A stretch of DNA of 64,000 nt from NCBI GenBank assembly GCA_030019255.1, contig JASEFK010000006.1:154553-218552 (forward strand), read 5' to 3'. The stretch comes from Actinomycetota bacterium. GTDB lineage: Bacteria > Actinomycetota > Geothermincolia > Geothermincolales > RBG-13-55-18. Shown piece by piece: positions 16,749 through 24,987 of the stretch. The notes under the pieces were generated by a model that had not been told where the DNA came from, did no database searches, and was given only the letters and a program-made list of their open reading frames with translations. Each line of letters opens with the position of its first letter. The stretch's first letter is position 1. The translations under genes and the position numbers were made by a program.

Positions 16749-19241
16749 ATGATGTCGGCGGTTGAGATGCGAACCATCGAGGAGATCGAAAAGAGCGGTC
16801 AGTGGTGGTGGTGGGCGGAACACAAGAGGTCGAAACGCCTGGATTACCTGCGCAAGGCGGTATGGAAAAAGGGGGCCAAGGGCTCCGGTTACCAGCCGGG
16901 AGTGAAGGTGGACCTGGAGAGGGCCGTCCTCTTCACCGAGGCCTTCAAGGCCAACGAGCACGACTCCCTGCGCATGCGCTATGCCAAGGCTCTGGCCAAC
17001 GTGTTCGACAACATCACCATCTTTATCCAGGACCACGCCCAGATCATGGGCTACCTGGGTTCCCGGCCCCACACCATCGTGTGGCACCCGGAGATCCTCT
17101 TTCTGCTCAACGAGGACCTGTATAACGACCGCACGGTCATACCTGAGCCTGTGGATGAGAACCTGAAGCTCATCCGGGAGCTCTGCGACTACTGGAACCC
17201 CCAGACGGCGGGGGCCAAGGTCTTCAACCTGGTCCCACCGGAGGAGATCGTCAAGCTCCTAACCGGGGTTATCGGTTGGGGGCTTCCCATCTCCCGCATC
17301 GGCTACGCCACCAAGCAGTGGGACTACATGTTCCGCTTGGGTCTGGAAGGCATCATAGCTGAAATAGACGAGCGTATTAAGGAGGCCGAGGAACGCATTT
17401 ACAACAAGGTGCCCGATCCCGAGGACCTCCCCTACTACGAGAAGCTTGACGTCTGGAAGTCCATGAAGGTGGTGCTGGAGGCGGTCATCCGCTGGGCACG
17501 CCGCTACAGCCGCCTGGCCAGGATCATCGCCGAGCACTTCGAGACCGACCCCCAGCGCAAAGAGGAGCTCCTGCGCATCGCCGAGGTCTGCTGGAAAGTG
17601 CCAGCCAAGCCCCCGGAGCACCTGCACGAGTCCCTGCAGTTCGACCATTTCATCCAGATTGCCTGCCGCTACGAGGCCTGCGAGGGCGCCTGGCCGGCCC
17701 GCCCCGATTACTGGCACGGTCCCTTCTACGACAAGGACGTCAACCGGGACAAGATCCTTACCCGGGAGGAGGCCCTGGATCTCACCGGAGAGTTCCTCAT
17801 CCGCTGCTACGAGGTGGGATGGTTCTGGTTGATGCTGGCCCGCGACACCCTGCAGGGCATCACCGGGACCTGGGTATGGACAATCGGCGGGGTTAACGAG
17901 GACGGGACCGACGCCTGTAACGACATGACCGACTGCCTGCTGGAAGCGGCCCGCCTGGTACGGGTGGCCAATCCCACCTTCGCCTTCCGTTACCATCCCA
18001 ACGTGAGGATGCAGACCCTGCGCCAGGTCTTCGAGTGCATCCGGCAGGGATTGGGATATCCTTCCATGCGCAACGATCCCATCCTCATCACCAACGCCAT
18101 GCATTGGCACAGGCATCCGTTGCGGGAGGCGCGGCGCTGGGTGCACCAGGCCTGCATGTCCCCCTGCCCGGATACCAAACTGGGATGCCAGCCCTTCCGC
18201 ATGGCCAACGCCACCATCATCGCCGCCAAGGCCATCGAGTATGCCCTATTCGACGGGTACGACAACGTGCTCCAGATGCAGTTCGGACCCCATACCGGGG
18301 ATGCCACAAAGTTCGAGACCTTCGAGGAGCTCTACCAGGCTTGGTACACGCAGATCAAATGGATGATGGACACCCTGGTAAAACTGACTAACGGCGGCCG
18401 CTTCATGGCCCAGTTCCTGGACCCCCGCCCCCTGCTCTCCGGACTCTACGAGCGCTGCGTGGAGCTGGGCGTGGACTCCTCCCATCCCTCGGAGCGCGGC
18501 AATTCCTGGATTACCTTCTTCGCCTGGATGGAGACCGGGGACAGCCTGGCCGCGGTGAAGAAGCTGGTTTTCGACGAGAAGAAGTACACCATGGCCCAGC
18601 TCATCGAGGCTCTCAAGGCCAACTGGGAGGGCTACGAGGAGATGCGCATGGACTTCGTGCGCGCTCCCAAGTGGGGCAACGACGACGACTACGTGGACCA
18701 GATCCACATCCGCTGCCACCGCGACGTGGCCAGGCACTCCTGGGAAATAATGGATCCCACCGGGAATCCCTGGCCTCCGCTGCCGGAGAACATCGCCGCC
18801 TACGTGACCAACGCCACCAAGGTTTGGGCGCTGCCCAACGGGAGGAGGCTTGGCGACACCCTCTACGACGGCGGGTGCTCCCCCGGGGCGGGGCTGGACA
18901 AGAAAGGTCCCACCGCCGTCCTGCGCTCGGTGGCCAAGATCGACCACATCGGGGACGTGCGAGCCACCCTGCTCAACCAGCGCCTGTCCCCCCAGCAGCT
19001 GGCCGGCGAGAAGGGCTTCCACATCTGGCACTCCTACATCAAGACCTGGGCCGAACTGGGTATCGACCACGTGCAGTTCAACATGGTGGACAACGAAACC
19101 CTGAAGGCGGCCCAGAGGGAACCGGAGAAGTATCCCGAGCTCATCGTGCGCATCGCCGGTTACAGCGCCCATTTCGTGGACCTGAACAAGAAGACCCAGG
19201 ACACCATCATCGCCCGCAACGTGCAGGAACTGGGCGTATGA
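16749..19241 (+). CDS. glycyl radical enzyme, pyruvate formate-lyase family; X-succinate-synthase-like (fumarate-adding, AssA/BssA-type) catalytic subunit, inferred
   Basis: 830 aa. C-terminal glycyl-radical motif RIAGYSAHFVDLNKKTQDTIIARNV (about 19155). Candidate thiyl Cys loop QACMSPCPDTKLG (about 18151-18165). The fumarate-adding subtype is inferred from context: two small 4-Cys subunits, ferredoxin-domain activases, and adjacent CoA-ligase, mutase and carboxylase genes. Confidence 0.8.
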   Translation: MMSAVEMRTIEEIEKSGQWWWWAEHKRSKRLDYLRKAVWKKGAKGSGYQPGVKVDLERAVLFTEAFKANEHDSLRMRYAKALANVFDNITIFIQDHAQIMGYLGSRPHTIVWHPEILFLLNEDLYNDRTVIPEPVDENLKLIRELCDYWNPQTAGAKVFNLVPPEEIVKLLTGVIGWGLPISRIGYATKQWDYMFRLGLEGIIAEIDERIKEAEERIYNKVPDPEDLPYYEKLDVWKSMKVVLEAVIRWARRYSRLARIIAEHFETDPQRKEELLRIAEVCWKVPAKPPEHLHESLQFDHFIQIACRYEACEGAWPARPDYWHGPFYDKDVNRDKILTREEALDLTGEFLIRCYEVGWFWLMLARDTLQGITGTWVWTIGGVNEDGTDACNDMTDCLLEAARLVRVANPTFAFRYHPNVRMQTLRQVFECIRQGLGYPSMRNDPILITNAMHWHRHPLREARRWVHQACMSPCPDTKLGCQPFRMANATIIAAKAIEYALFDGYDNVLQMQFGPHTGDATKFETFEELYQAWYTQIKWMMDTLVKLTNGGRFMAQFLDPRPLLSGLYERCVELGVDSSHPSERGNSWITFFAWMETGDSLAAVKKLVFDEKKYTMAQLIEALKANWEGYEEMRMDFVRAPKWGNDDDYVDQIHIRCHRDVARHSWEIMDPTGNPWPPLPENIAAYVTNATKVWALPNGRRLGDTLYDGGCSPGAGLDKKGPTAVLRSVAKIDHIGDVRATLLNQRLSPQQLAGEKGFHIWHSYIKTWAELGIDHVQFNMVDNETLKAAQREPEKYPELIVRIAGYSAHFVDLNKKTQDTIIARNVQELGV

Positions 19242-19305
19242 GGGAGATCGCGTTGAAACCGCCGGTGCTACCACCAGCGGGGTCGCTTGAAAAGGGGGTA
19301 GAGCG

Positions 19306-19605
19306 ATGAGCGACTGGGAACAGCTCCGCCAGCAGTGGCTGCAGGGGGCCATCTCCAAGGGGCGCCGTGATATGCCGGAGAAGGCCTGCGGCATTTGCAG
19401 TAACTTCCGGCAGAATTCGGCCTCCGCGGCCGGTGATGGTTTCTGCACGGCCATCAAGATGGGGGAGAAGAACAAGCCGGTCTTCGACAATACCGATGCC
19501 GCCGACTGCCCGCACTTCCGGGAGATCGACCGCGTGCGGACGGACACCAGTGAGTTCATGTGGGATCCCCAGTTCCGGCCGCAGAGGCAGATCCAGGAGA
19601 AGTAG
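19306..19605 (+). CDS. small 4-Cys subunit, candidate FeS-binding beta-like subunit of the X-succinate-synthase-type GRE
   Basis: 99 aa directly after the GRE gene, with an AAGGGGG RBS. Cys ligand pattern C28-x2-C31-x15-C47-x20-C68, comparable to the HiPIP-like small subunits of benzylsuccinate synthase. It is a paralog-like pattern match to 22139-22294. Confidence 0.55.
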   Translation: MSDWEQLRQQWLQGAISKGRRDMPEKACGICSNFRQNSASAAGDGFCTAIKMGEKNKPVFDNTDAADCPHFREIDRVRTDTSEFMWDPQFRPQRQIQEK

Positions 19606-19623
19606 GAGCAGCAACCGGAGAAG

Positions 19624-19851
19624 ATGGTCACCTGTTCCAGGTGCGGAAGGTCCGGCTCTTTAGCCGAGTTCGCCTACGTGGGGCAGGCCGTGGAGGTGGG
19701 ACCCGTTTCCCTGAGGCGGTGCCCTGCCTGCGGTGAACTCCTGGTCGTGGACGAACTGGAGCTGGAACGGGATGGATCATCATCTCCCGGTCCCTGGGGA
19801 CTGAGCGACATCTGGGGTAGAAAATTTACCTGTAAGAACGGGGAGGTGTGA
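19624..19851 (+). CDS. zinc-ribbon mini-protein, paralog 1 (CxxCG...EF-Y...CPxCG family)
   Basis: 75 aa: MVTCSRCGRSGSLAEFAYVGQAVEVGPVSLRRCPACGELLVVDELE... with two CxxC knuckles. It shares the pattern TC-x-RCG-xxG-x2-AEF-x-[YH]-...-R-x-CP-x-CG with the ORFs at 19855 and 22633. Confidence 0.55.
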   Translation: MVTCSRCGRSGSLAEFAYVGQAVEVGPVSLRRCPACGELLVVDELELERDGSSSPGPWGLSDIWGRKFTCKNGEV

Positions 19852-19854
19852 ACT

Positions 19855-20034
19855 GTGGTCAAGTGCGACAACTGCGGATACCAAGGGGTGAAGTCGGAGT
19901 TCCGTTACCTCTACAACACCACCCTGGACGCGGAGACAGCATACCGCGAATGTCCGCAATGCTACGCCTGGGTGGTGGTCAACGAGCTGCAGGAGGAAAA
20001 GGCCGAAAAGGAGCTCCAGAAGGGAAAAGCCTGA
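19855..20034 (+). CDS. zinc-ribbon mini-protein, paralog 2 (absent from the ORF track; 59 aa, GTG start)
   Basis: GTG at 19855, 4 nt after the stop of paralog 1. Translation VVKCDNCGYQGVKSEFRYLYNTTLDAETAYRECPQCYAWVVVNELQEEKAEKELQKGKA*. It has the same CxxCG...EF-Y...CPxC pattern. The alternate-frame ORF 19848..20234 is low-complexity. Confidence 0.45.
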   Translation: MVKCDNCGYQGVKSEFRYLYNTTLDAETAYRECPQCYAWVVVNELQEEKAEKELQKGKA

Positions 20035-20118
20035 TTCCCCCGTGGGAGTTCACGCTTTTTCCTGTGACGCTTTCCGGCTTCCCCGGCGTGTCGAGAGAAA
20101 CGGAAAAGGAGTCCTTTC

Positions 20119-21057
20119 ATGCCCGAGCAGGTATTAATCACCAACATCCAGCGCTATTCCATAAACGACGGGCCGGGAATCCGCACCACCGTCTTCCTCA
20201 AGGGCTGCAAGCTCAACTGCGCGTGGTGCCATAACCCGGAGTGTATCCATTTTTACCCGGAGATCTACTGGAAGCCCTCGCTCTGCCGGCAGTGCGGGAT
20301 ATGCTTCGACGCCTGCCCGAGGGGTGCCATACAGCCGCCTATTCCGGTAACGGGGGAAGAAGACAACGAGCACTATTACAAGATCGACCTATCTCTATGC
20401 GACCACTGCATGGAGTGCGTGGAGGCCTGCTTCTACGGCGCCCTGGTGAGGGTGGGAGAGCCGAAGACGGTGGAGGAGATACTCGACGAGGTGGAGAGGG
20501 ACATGCCCTTCTACCTGAACTCGGGAGGAGGCATGACGGTAACGGGAGGCGAGCCCACTGCCTTCCCCGAGTTCACCCTCGAGCTCCTGCGCAGAGCCAA
20601 GGAACGAGGGATTCACAACTGTCTGGACACCAGCGGGTTCTGCGCCTGGGAAATCCTGGATTCCCTGCGCCCCTACGTGGACATCTTCCTCTACGACATC
20701 AAGTGCATGAGCGCCAAGCTGCACGTCATGCGCACCGGGGTGAACAACTCGCCCATCCTGGCCAACCTGCGCCGACTGGTGGAGGTGGGAGCCGAGGTCA
20801 TCGTGCGCGTCCCGGTGATTCCCGGCTTCAACGATTCACCGGAGCACATGGAGAGGGTGGCCGATTTCCTCGCCGACCTGGGGTCCTCCATAGTTCGCGT
20901 GGACCTACTCCCCTTTCACAACTGGTGCCAGGACAAGTATCGCTGGCTGGGAAGGGAATGGGAATACCGGGACGTGGAAAGCCTGGCCGCGAGCGAGATA
21001 AGCGACCTGCAGGACATCCTCAAGGAACGCGGGCTGGCGACCACCATCGGAGGATGA
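20119..21057 (+). CDS. glycyl-radical enzyme activating enzyme (radical SAM) with a ferredoxin-like 2x[4Fe-4S] insertion, copy 1
   Basis: N-terminal IRTTVFLKGCKLNCAWCHNPE (the GRE-activase CxxxCxxC). Insertion with two Cx2Cx2Cx3CP motifs (LCRQCGICFDACPRG; LCDHCMECVEACFYG), typical of non-PFL activases such as BssD, CutD and GD-AE. This is followed by the SAM-binding G-rich GGGMTVTGGEP. Confidence 0.85.
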   Translation: MPEQVLITNIQRYSINDGPGIRTTVFLKGCKLNCAWCHNPECIHFYPEIYWKPSLCRQCGICFDACPRGAIQPPIPVTGEEDNEHYYKIDLSLCDHCMECVEACFYGALVRVGEPKTVEEILDEVERDMPFYLNSGGGMTVTGGEPTAFPEFTLELLRRAKERGIHNCLDTSGFCAWEILDSLRPYVDIFLYDIKCMSAKLHVMRTGVNNSPILANLRRLVEVGAEVIVRVPVIPGFNDSPEHMERVADFLADLGSSIVRVDLLPFHNWCQDKYRWLGREWEYRDVESLAASEISDLQDILKERGLATTIGG

Positions 21058-21066
21058 GGCGGTAAG

Positions 21067-21996
21067 ATGGGAAGCGGCGAAACCTCGGGCTACGTCAACG
21101 ACATCCAGTTCTATTCCCTGAGCGACGGGCCGGGGATACGTACCACCGTCTTCCTCAAGGGATGCCTACTCAACTGCCGCTGGTGCCACAACCCTGAAGG
21201 CCACCGCCGATTCCCAGAGGTCCTCCCCTATCGCAACAACTGCACCGGGTGCGGTAAATGCCTGGAGGTGTGCCCCTCCGGGGCCATCGAGATGGAAGGC
21301 CCCTGCCTGCCCCGTATCCGCCGTGAACGCTGCATCGACTGCTTTCGCTGCGCCGAGGCCTGCCCGGAACAGGCCCTTGTGGTGTGGGGAAAGCTGATGA
21401 CCGTGGACCAGGTATTGGCGGAGGTGGAGAAGGACAAGCCCTTCTACAAGCATTCCGGCGGAGGGCTCACGGTTTCCGGCGGAGAACCCCTGGCCCAGCC
21501 GGAATTCACTCATGATCTCCTGGCGGAGGCCAGGGCAAGGGGAATGAACACCGCGCTGGATACGTGCGGGTTCGCCCCCTGGGAAGTGCTGGAAAAGGTG
21601 CTGCGCGTCGCCGACCACGTGCTCCTGGACCTCAAGCACATGGATTCCGCGGCGCACCGCGCCTACTGTGGGGCTCCCAACGATCTCATCCTTGCCAACG
21701 CCCGGCGCCTGGCGGAAGAGGCCCGCGAGCTGCGCTTCCGGATCCCCCTCATCCCGGGCTTCAACGACGGGGAGGAAAACCTCGCCCGCACGGCGGATTT
21801 CATTCGCGGGTTGTGCCGCAATGGGAAGGAATGCGAGGTGGACATCCTGCCTTATCACCCTTACGCCGGAGCCAAGTACCGCATCTTCGGACTGGAATAT
21901 CCCTTCCCGCGGGGAGAGGGATACCCCGAGGAAAAGCTGTGCGGAATTGTGAAGATCTTCACCTCCCGGCGTCTCACGGTCACCGTGGGAGGTTGA
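21067..21996 (+). CDS. glycyl-radical enzyme activating enzyme with a ferredoxin-like insertion, copy 2 (tandem paralog)
   Basis: IRTTVFLKGCLLNCRWCHNPE; ferredoxin motifs CTGCGKCLEVCPSG and CIDCFRCAEACPEQ; GGGLTVSGGEP. Collinear with copy 1. Confidence 0.85.
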   Translation: MGSGETSGYVNDIQFYSLSDGPGIRTTVFLKGCLLNCRWCHNPEGHRRFPEVLPYRNNCTGCGKCLEVCPSGAIEMEGPCLPRIRRERCIDCFRCAEACPEQALVVWGKLMTVDQVLAEVEKDKPFYKHSGGGLTVSGGEPLAQPEFTHDLLAEARARGMNTALDTCGFAPWEVLEKVLRVADHVLLDLKHMDSAAHRAYCGAPNDLILANARRLAEEARELRFRIPLIPGFNDGEENLARTADFIRGLCRNGKECEVDILPYHPYAGAKYRIFGLEYPFPRGEGYPEEKLCGIVKIFTSRRLTVTVGG

Positions 21997-22138
21997 AATC
22001 ATGGAGGGTCGTTGGCCAAGGCGGAGGCCGGGCACCGGCAAGGCGGAACGGGCGAGCGTGGAACGATGAGAGCGTTCGGGAATTCGCGATGGAGATCGAC
22101 ACTTGGTTGAACGCTGCAATGGAGCAGGAGGTGCGACC

Positions 22139-22294
22139 ATGAGCTGTGGAGATTGCAAGTGGTTCTTCCCCCTGGAAGAAGACCCCAGCAGGGGAGACTG
22201 CGTGCGGCGCGAATCGGACGGAAAGAGCGAGTACTACACGGCCAAGCCCCATAACGCCGACGACGCCGAGTGCGAGAACTTCGAGGCCCGCTGA
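22139..22294 (+). CDS. small 4-Cys subunit, candidate gamma-like subunit of the X-succinate-synthase-type GRE
   Basis: 51 aa from ATG 22139, with a strong GGAGCAGGAGGTG RBS. Sequence MSCGDCKWFFPLEEDPSRGDCVRRESDGKSEYYTAKPHNADDAECENFEAR. Cys pattern C3-x2-C6-x14-C21-x23-C45, parallel to the 99-aa protein at 19306. The listed ORF start 22103 is a TTG extension. Confidence 0.5.
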   Translation: MSCGDCKWFFPLEEDPSRGDCVRRESDGKSEYYTAKPHNADDAECENFEAR

Positions 22295-22632
22295 GGGCGC
22301 GCAACGAACGGCGGGGGTCTTGCAACCCGTGGCCCGCTCCCGGGAACCTCGACGCATGCGTTGGTGACACGATAGTTGGCGGGTGGAAGAGGGTAACAAC
22401 GCTGCCTTGCGCCATCCCGCAAGGTATTGACCGGTATGTTCTTGCGTAGTAACGTCCGCCGCCGCAAGAGCCTCCCGGCCTGGATGTAATGCACAAGTTC
22501 AGCTCCGGCGGCGGTAAGCAAGAATCGGTCCGCGAACGCAAGGGGGGAGACGGGTTGACCCAGCTTGATCCACGCGAAAGGAAAAATGGAACATACCGGG
22601 TCGTGTAACGGCAAATGACAAGGAGAAAAGCC

Positions 22633-22980
22633 ATGCTCATTACCTGTGATCGCTGCGGCTATGAAGGCGAGGGCGCGGAATTCCGGCATATCGGCAACGT
22701 GATGTGCTGCGGCCCGCTCATCTTCCGGGAGTGCCCGAGCTGCGGCAACCCGGTGATTTGCGACCGGCAGGAGATGCGCGAGGAGATCGAGGACACGGCG
22801 CGGGAGCTATCATGTCGGGTGGAGTCGGCCATCGCTTCCGGAGACGCCGCTCGAGCCAGGGCGCTGCTTAAGGACCTGTCCTTCCTCAATCAGTGCCTCA
22901 ACCTGGAAGCCATCGACGAGTACATCCGCCTGAAAAAGAGGGAGATTCGCTTCCTGGAAAGTACTTCCACTCCGCCATGA
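22633..22980 (+). CDS. zinc-ribbon mini-protein, paralog 3 (with a C-terminal helical extension)
   Basis: AAGGAGA RBS before ATG 22633. Sequence MLITCDRCGYEGEGAEFRHIGNVMCCGPLIFRECPSCGNPVICDRQE... has the same signature as 19624 and 19855. Confidence 0.55.
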   Translation: MLITCDRCGYEGEGAEFRHIGNVMCCGPLIFRECPSCGNPVICDRQEMREEIEDTARELSCRVESAIASGDAARARALLKDLSFLNQCLNLEAIDEYIRLKKREIRFLESTSTPP

Positions 22981-23181
22981 TGCCGAAGTCGTGGCAGGCC
23001 ATAGCGGAGGGAGAAACCGACCCGGGTTCAAACCACTCCCGCCGTCGCGAAGCTCGTTGGCCGGAATCCCTCTTACCGACACATGGGTCCTGGGCAAGGG
23101 AGAAATCTCGTTGCCGGGCTTGGCAAGTTCGCAGGTAGTGATTTTCCTGTTTCCGCGCATCCGGCGTTGCGGACCGTGCTC

Positions 23182-23967
23182 TCAGTCCGGCAGCGGGGCG
23201 AGATCGCCCGCGGACACCGGGAGGACCTTCCCCCCCACCTCGAGCAACAGGTTGCCCAGCTCGTCGACCCCCACCAGAAGGCCCTCGAGTAGCGCGCCCC
23301 TCCTTTCCGGCGCCACCTCCCCTTCCTCCCGACCTCCGCGCCTCAGGCCGCATATGACAAAATCTTCCACCACTACCTGCCGCCCGCGGTAAGCCAGGTT
23401 GGCGCGGTATTCCTCCACCAGGTTTCTCCCCTCCTCCCGCAGCCGATTTTCCATTTCGCCGAGAAGGGCGTGCAGAAGTTCCTCGACGCCCCAGAGCCTG
23501 CCTTCCTCCAACAGCAGGGAGGTGGGCGGAAGCCGAGCCGGAAAATTCAACTCCTCCGGCAGGTACCCGACGTTTAAACCCAGGCCCACGATGAGGAAAT
23601 GGTCCCCGTCCCGGCGGAAGGACTCGGTGAGCACGCCCCCCACCTTTCTGTCCCCGTAGACCAGGTCGTTGGGCCACTTGCAGAGGGGCCCCGCACCTCC
23701 CAGCCTCCTCACCGCCGCCCGGGCCGAGAGCGCCGCCAGCGCCGCGGCACGGAAGGGCTCCACGTCCCGGAGTGCCAGGCTCACCAGAAGGCTCTTTCCG
23801 GGTCGGTCCAGCCAACTCCGGTCCATCCTCCCGCGTCCCGCCGTCTGGTGGACCGCGGTCACCACCAGCCCTTCCGATGCCCCCCGGGCCAGGAGCCTCC
23901 TGGCCTCCAGGTTGGTGGAGTCCAGGCTCTCGTAACGACGCACGTCCCAATGGATATCACTGCCCAA
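23182..23967 (-). CDS. birA: biotin--[acetyl-CoA-carboxylase] ligase, group I BirA without an N-terminal HTH
   Basis: BPL catalytic domain ...LDSTNLEARRL...VVTAVHQTAGRGRMDRSWLDRPGKSLLVSLAL... (GRGRxxRxW biotin-binding loop). The listed ORF start 24234 runs into the bioY coding region. The in-frame TTG at 23967 is preceded by GGAGGT and gives a 262-aa group I enzyme. Confidence 0.7.
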   Translation of the reverse strand: MGSDIHWDVRRYESLDSTNLEARRLLARGASEGLVVTAVHQTAGRGRMDRSWLDRPGKSLLVSLALRDVEPFRAAALAALSARAAVRRLGGAGPLCKWPNDLVYGDRKVGGVLTESFRRDGDHFLIVGLGLNVGYLPEELNFPARLPPTSLLLEEGRLWGVEELLHALLGEMENRLREEGRNLVEEYRANLAYRGRQVVVEDFVICGLRRGGREEGEVAPERRGALLEGLLVGVDELGNLLLEVGGKVLPVSAGDLAPLPD

Positions 23968-24125
23968 GGCGACGAGACCTCCGCTGGGTAGTGGCCCGAC
24001 CTTCCCGCAATCAGCACGGTTGCGGGCTGGAAGGGCGGCTGCTCCGCCACGCTTCACGCTGCCGGGGTGCGCTTCCCGCTTCGTTTCGAGAGCCGGGGCG
24101 ACCCTCGAAACCGATTTTTCATAAA

Positions 24126-24141
24126 GTTCACCTTTACTAAA
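24126..24141. promoter_or_regulatory. third copy (15/16) of the motif GTTCACCTTTACTAAA, upstream of the bioY-carboxylase operon, next to a near-consensus -35
   Basis: Read directly. TTGACA at 24162-24167 lies about 20 nt downstream of the motif, and the bioY ATG is at 24220. Confidence 0.45.
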
Positions 24142-24219
24142 CTTAAATTCCGCGTAACCTATTGACAATGCGCATGTTTTCCTATACAAATATAACAAAC
24201 TTCCAAAGGAGAGAAACCC

Positions 24220-24822
24220 ATGAAAACAGCTCAAGCGGGAAAGTTTACACCAAAAACGGCCGCTCTTGAATGGGAGTGGGTGGCCAATGCCGTGCTCTTC
24301 GCCGCCCTCACCGGCATGGGCGCCATCATCAGGATTCCCTTAAGTCCTGTCCCGGTAACCATGCAGGTTTTCTTCGTCCTCCTTTCCGGGTTGGTGCTGG
24401 GGCCGTTCTGGGGGATGGCCAGCCAGATGACCTACCTGGTGATGGGAGCCTGCGGGGCTCCCTTCTTCGCCGCTCCTCCCCATGCCGGTCCCCTGGTGCT
24501 CTTCGGGCCCACCGGAGGATACCTGTGGGGCTTCGTGCTGGCGGCTGGCTGCGCGGGGTGGGTCTCGCGAAACCTCCCGAGCCGTATCCGGCTCCGTGGA
24601 ACACCCGCCCGCATCCCGGTCATCGCCGCGTCTCTGGCCGGTATAGCCATCATCTACGCCTGCGGGGCCTCCTGGCTCGCGACCTGGCTTGCCATGCACG
24701 GCAAGAAAGCTTCACTGGCCTTTGCGCTGGGGGTAAAACCCTTCATTCTCGTCGACGTGGCCAAGGCCGCGGCGGCGGCGGCGGTCGCCCACCTCATCCC
24801 GGGAAAAAGGTCCGGCACCTGA
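24220..24822 (+). CDS. bioY: BioY-family biotin transporter S-component
   Basis: 200 aa with five or six TM helices. BioY-like segments ...ALTGMGAIIRIPLSPVPVTMQVFFVLLSGLVLGP...LVLFGPTGGYLWGF.... Confidence 0.8.
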   Translation: MKTAQAGKFTPKTAALEWEWVANAVLFAALTGMGAIIRIPLSPVPVTMQVFFVLLSGLVLGPFWGMASQMTYLVMGACGAPFFAAPPHAGPLVLFGPTGGYLWGFVLAAGCAGWVSRNLPSRIRLRGTPARIPVIAASLAGIAIIYACGASWLATWLAMHGKKASLAFALGVKPFILVDVAKAAAAAAVAHLIPGKRSGT

Positions 24823-24987
24823 GGGCCGCGGAAGGCATCCGGATTTACCCGGTGAATTTACACGGTGTAGCGTGGGTCTTCCGGGAAAGCGAAGGGCTTT
24901 ACCGCCGGGAAAGCCGTGCTTCATGAAAATAAGGCGCGGGAAAGATTACAATGGTTTCGAAGGCCCGAATCCGGTGAAGGGGTGAAA

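Noticed and set aside
16749-19241. Calling the GRE a plain pyruvate formate-lyase
   Set aside because: True PFL activases lack the extra 2x[4Fe-4S] ferredoxin insert, and PFL has no small 4-Cys subunits. Both are present here, and both point to the X-succinate-synthase-type or other non-PFL GRE clades.
19848-20234. 128-aa + ORF spanning the Z2 region and the start of activase 1
   Set aside because: It is low-complexity (GGGQRAAGGKGRKGAPEGK...) and overlaps the clearly real activase. The frame starting at GTG 19855 gives a zinc-ribbon paralog that matches two other local genes.
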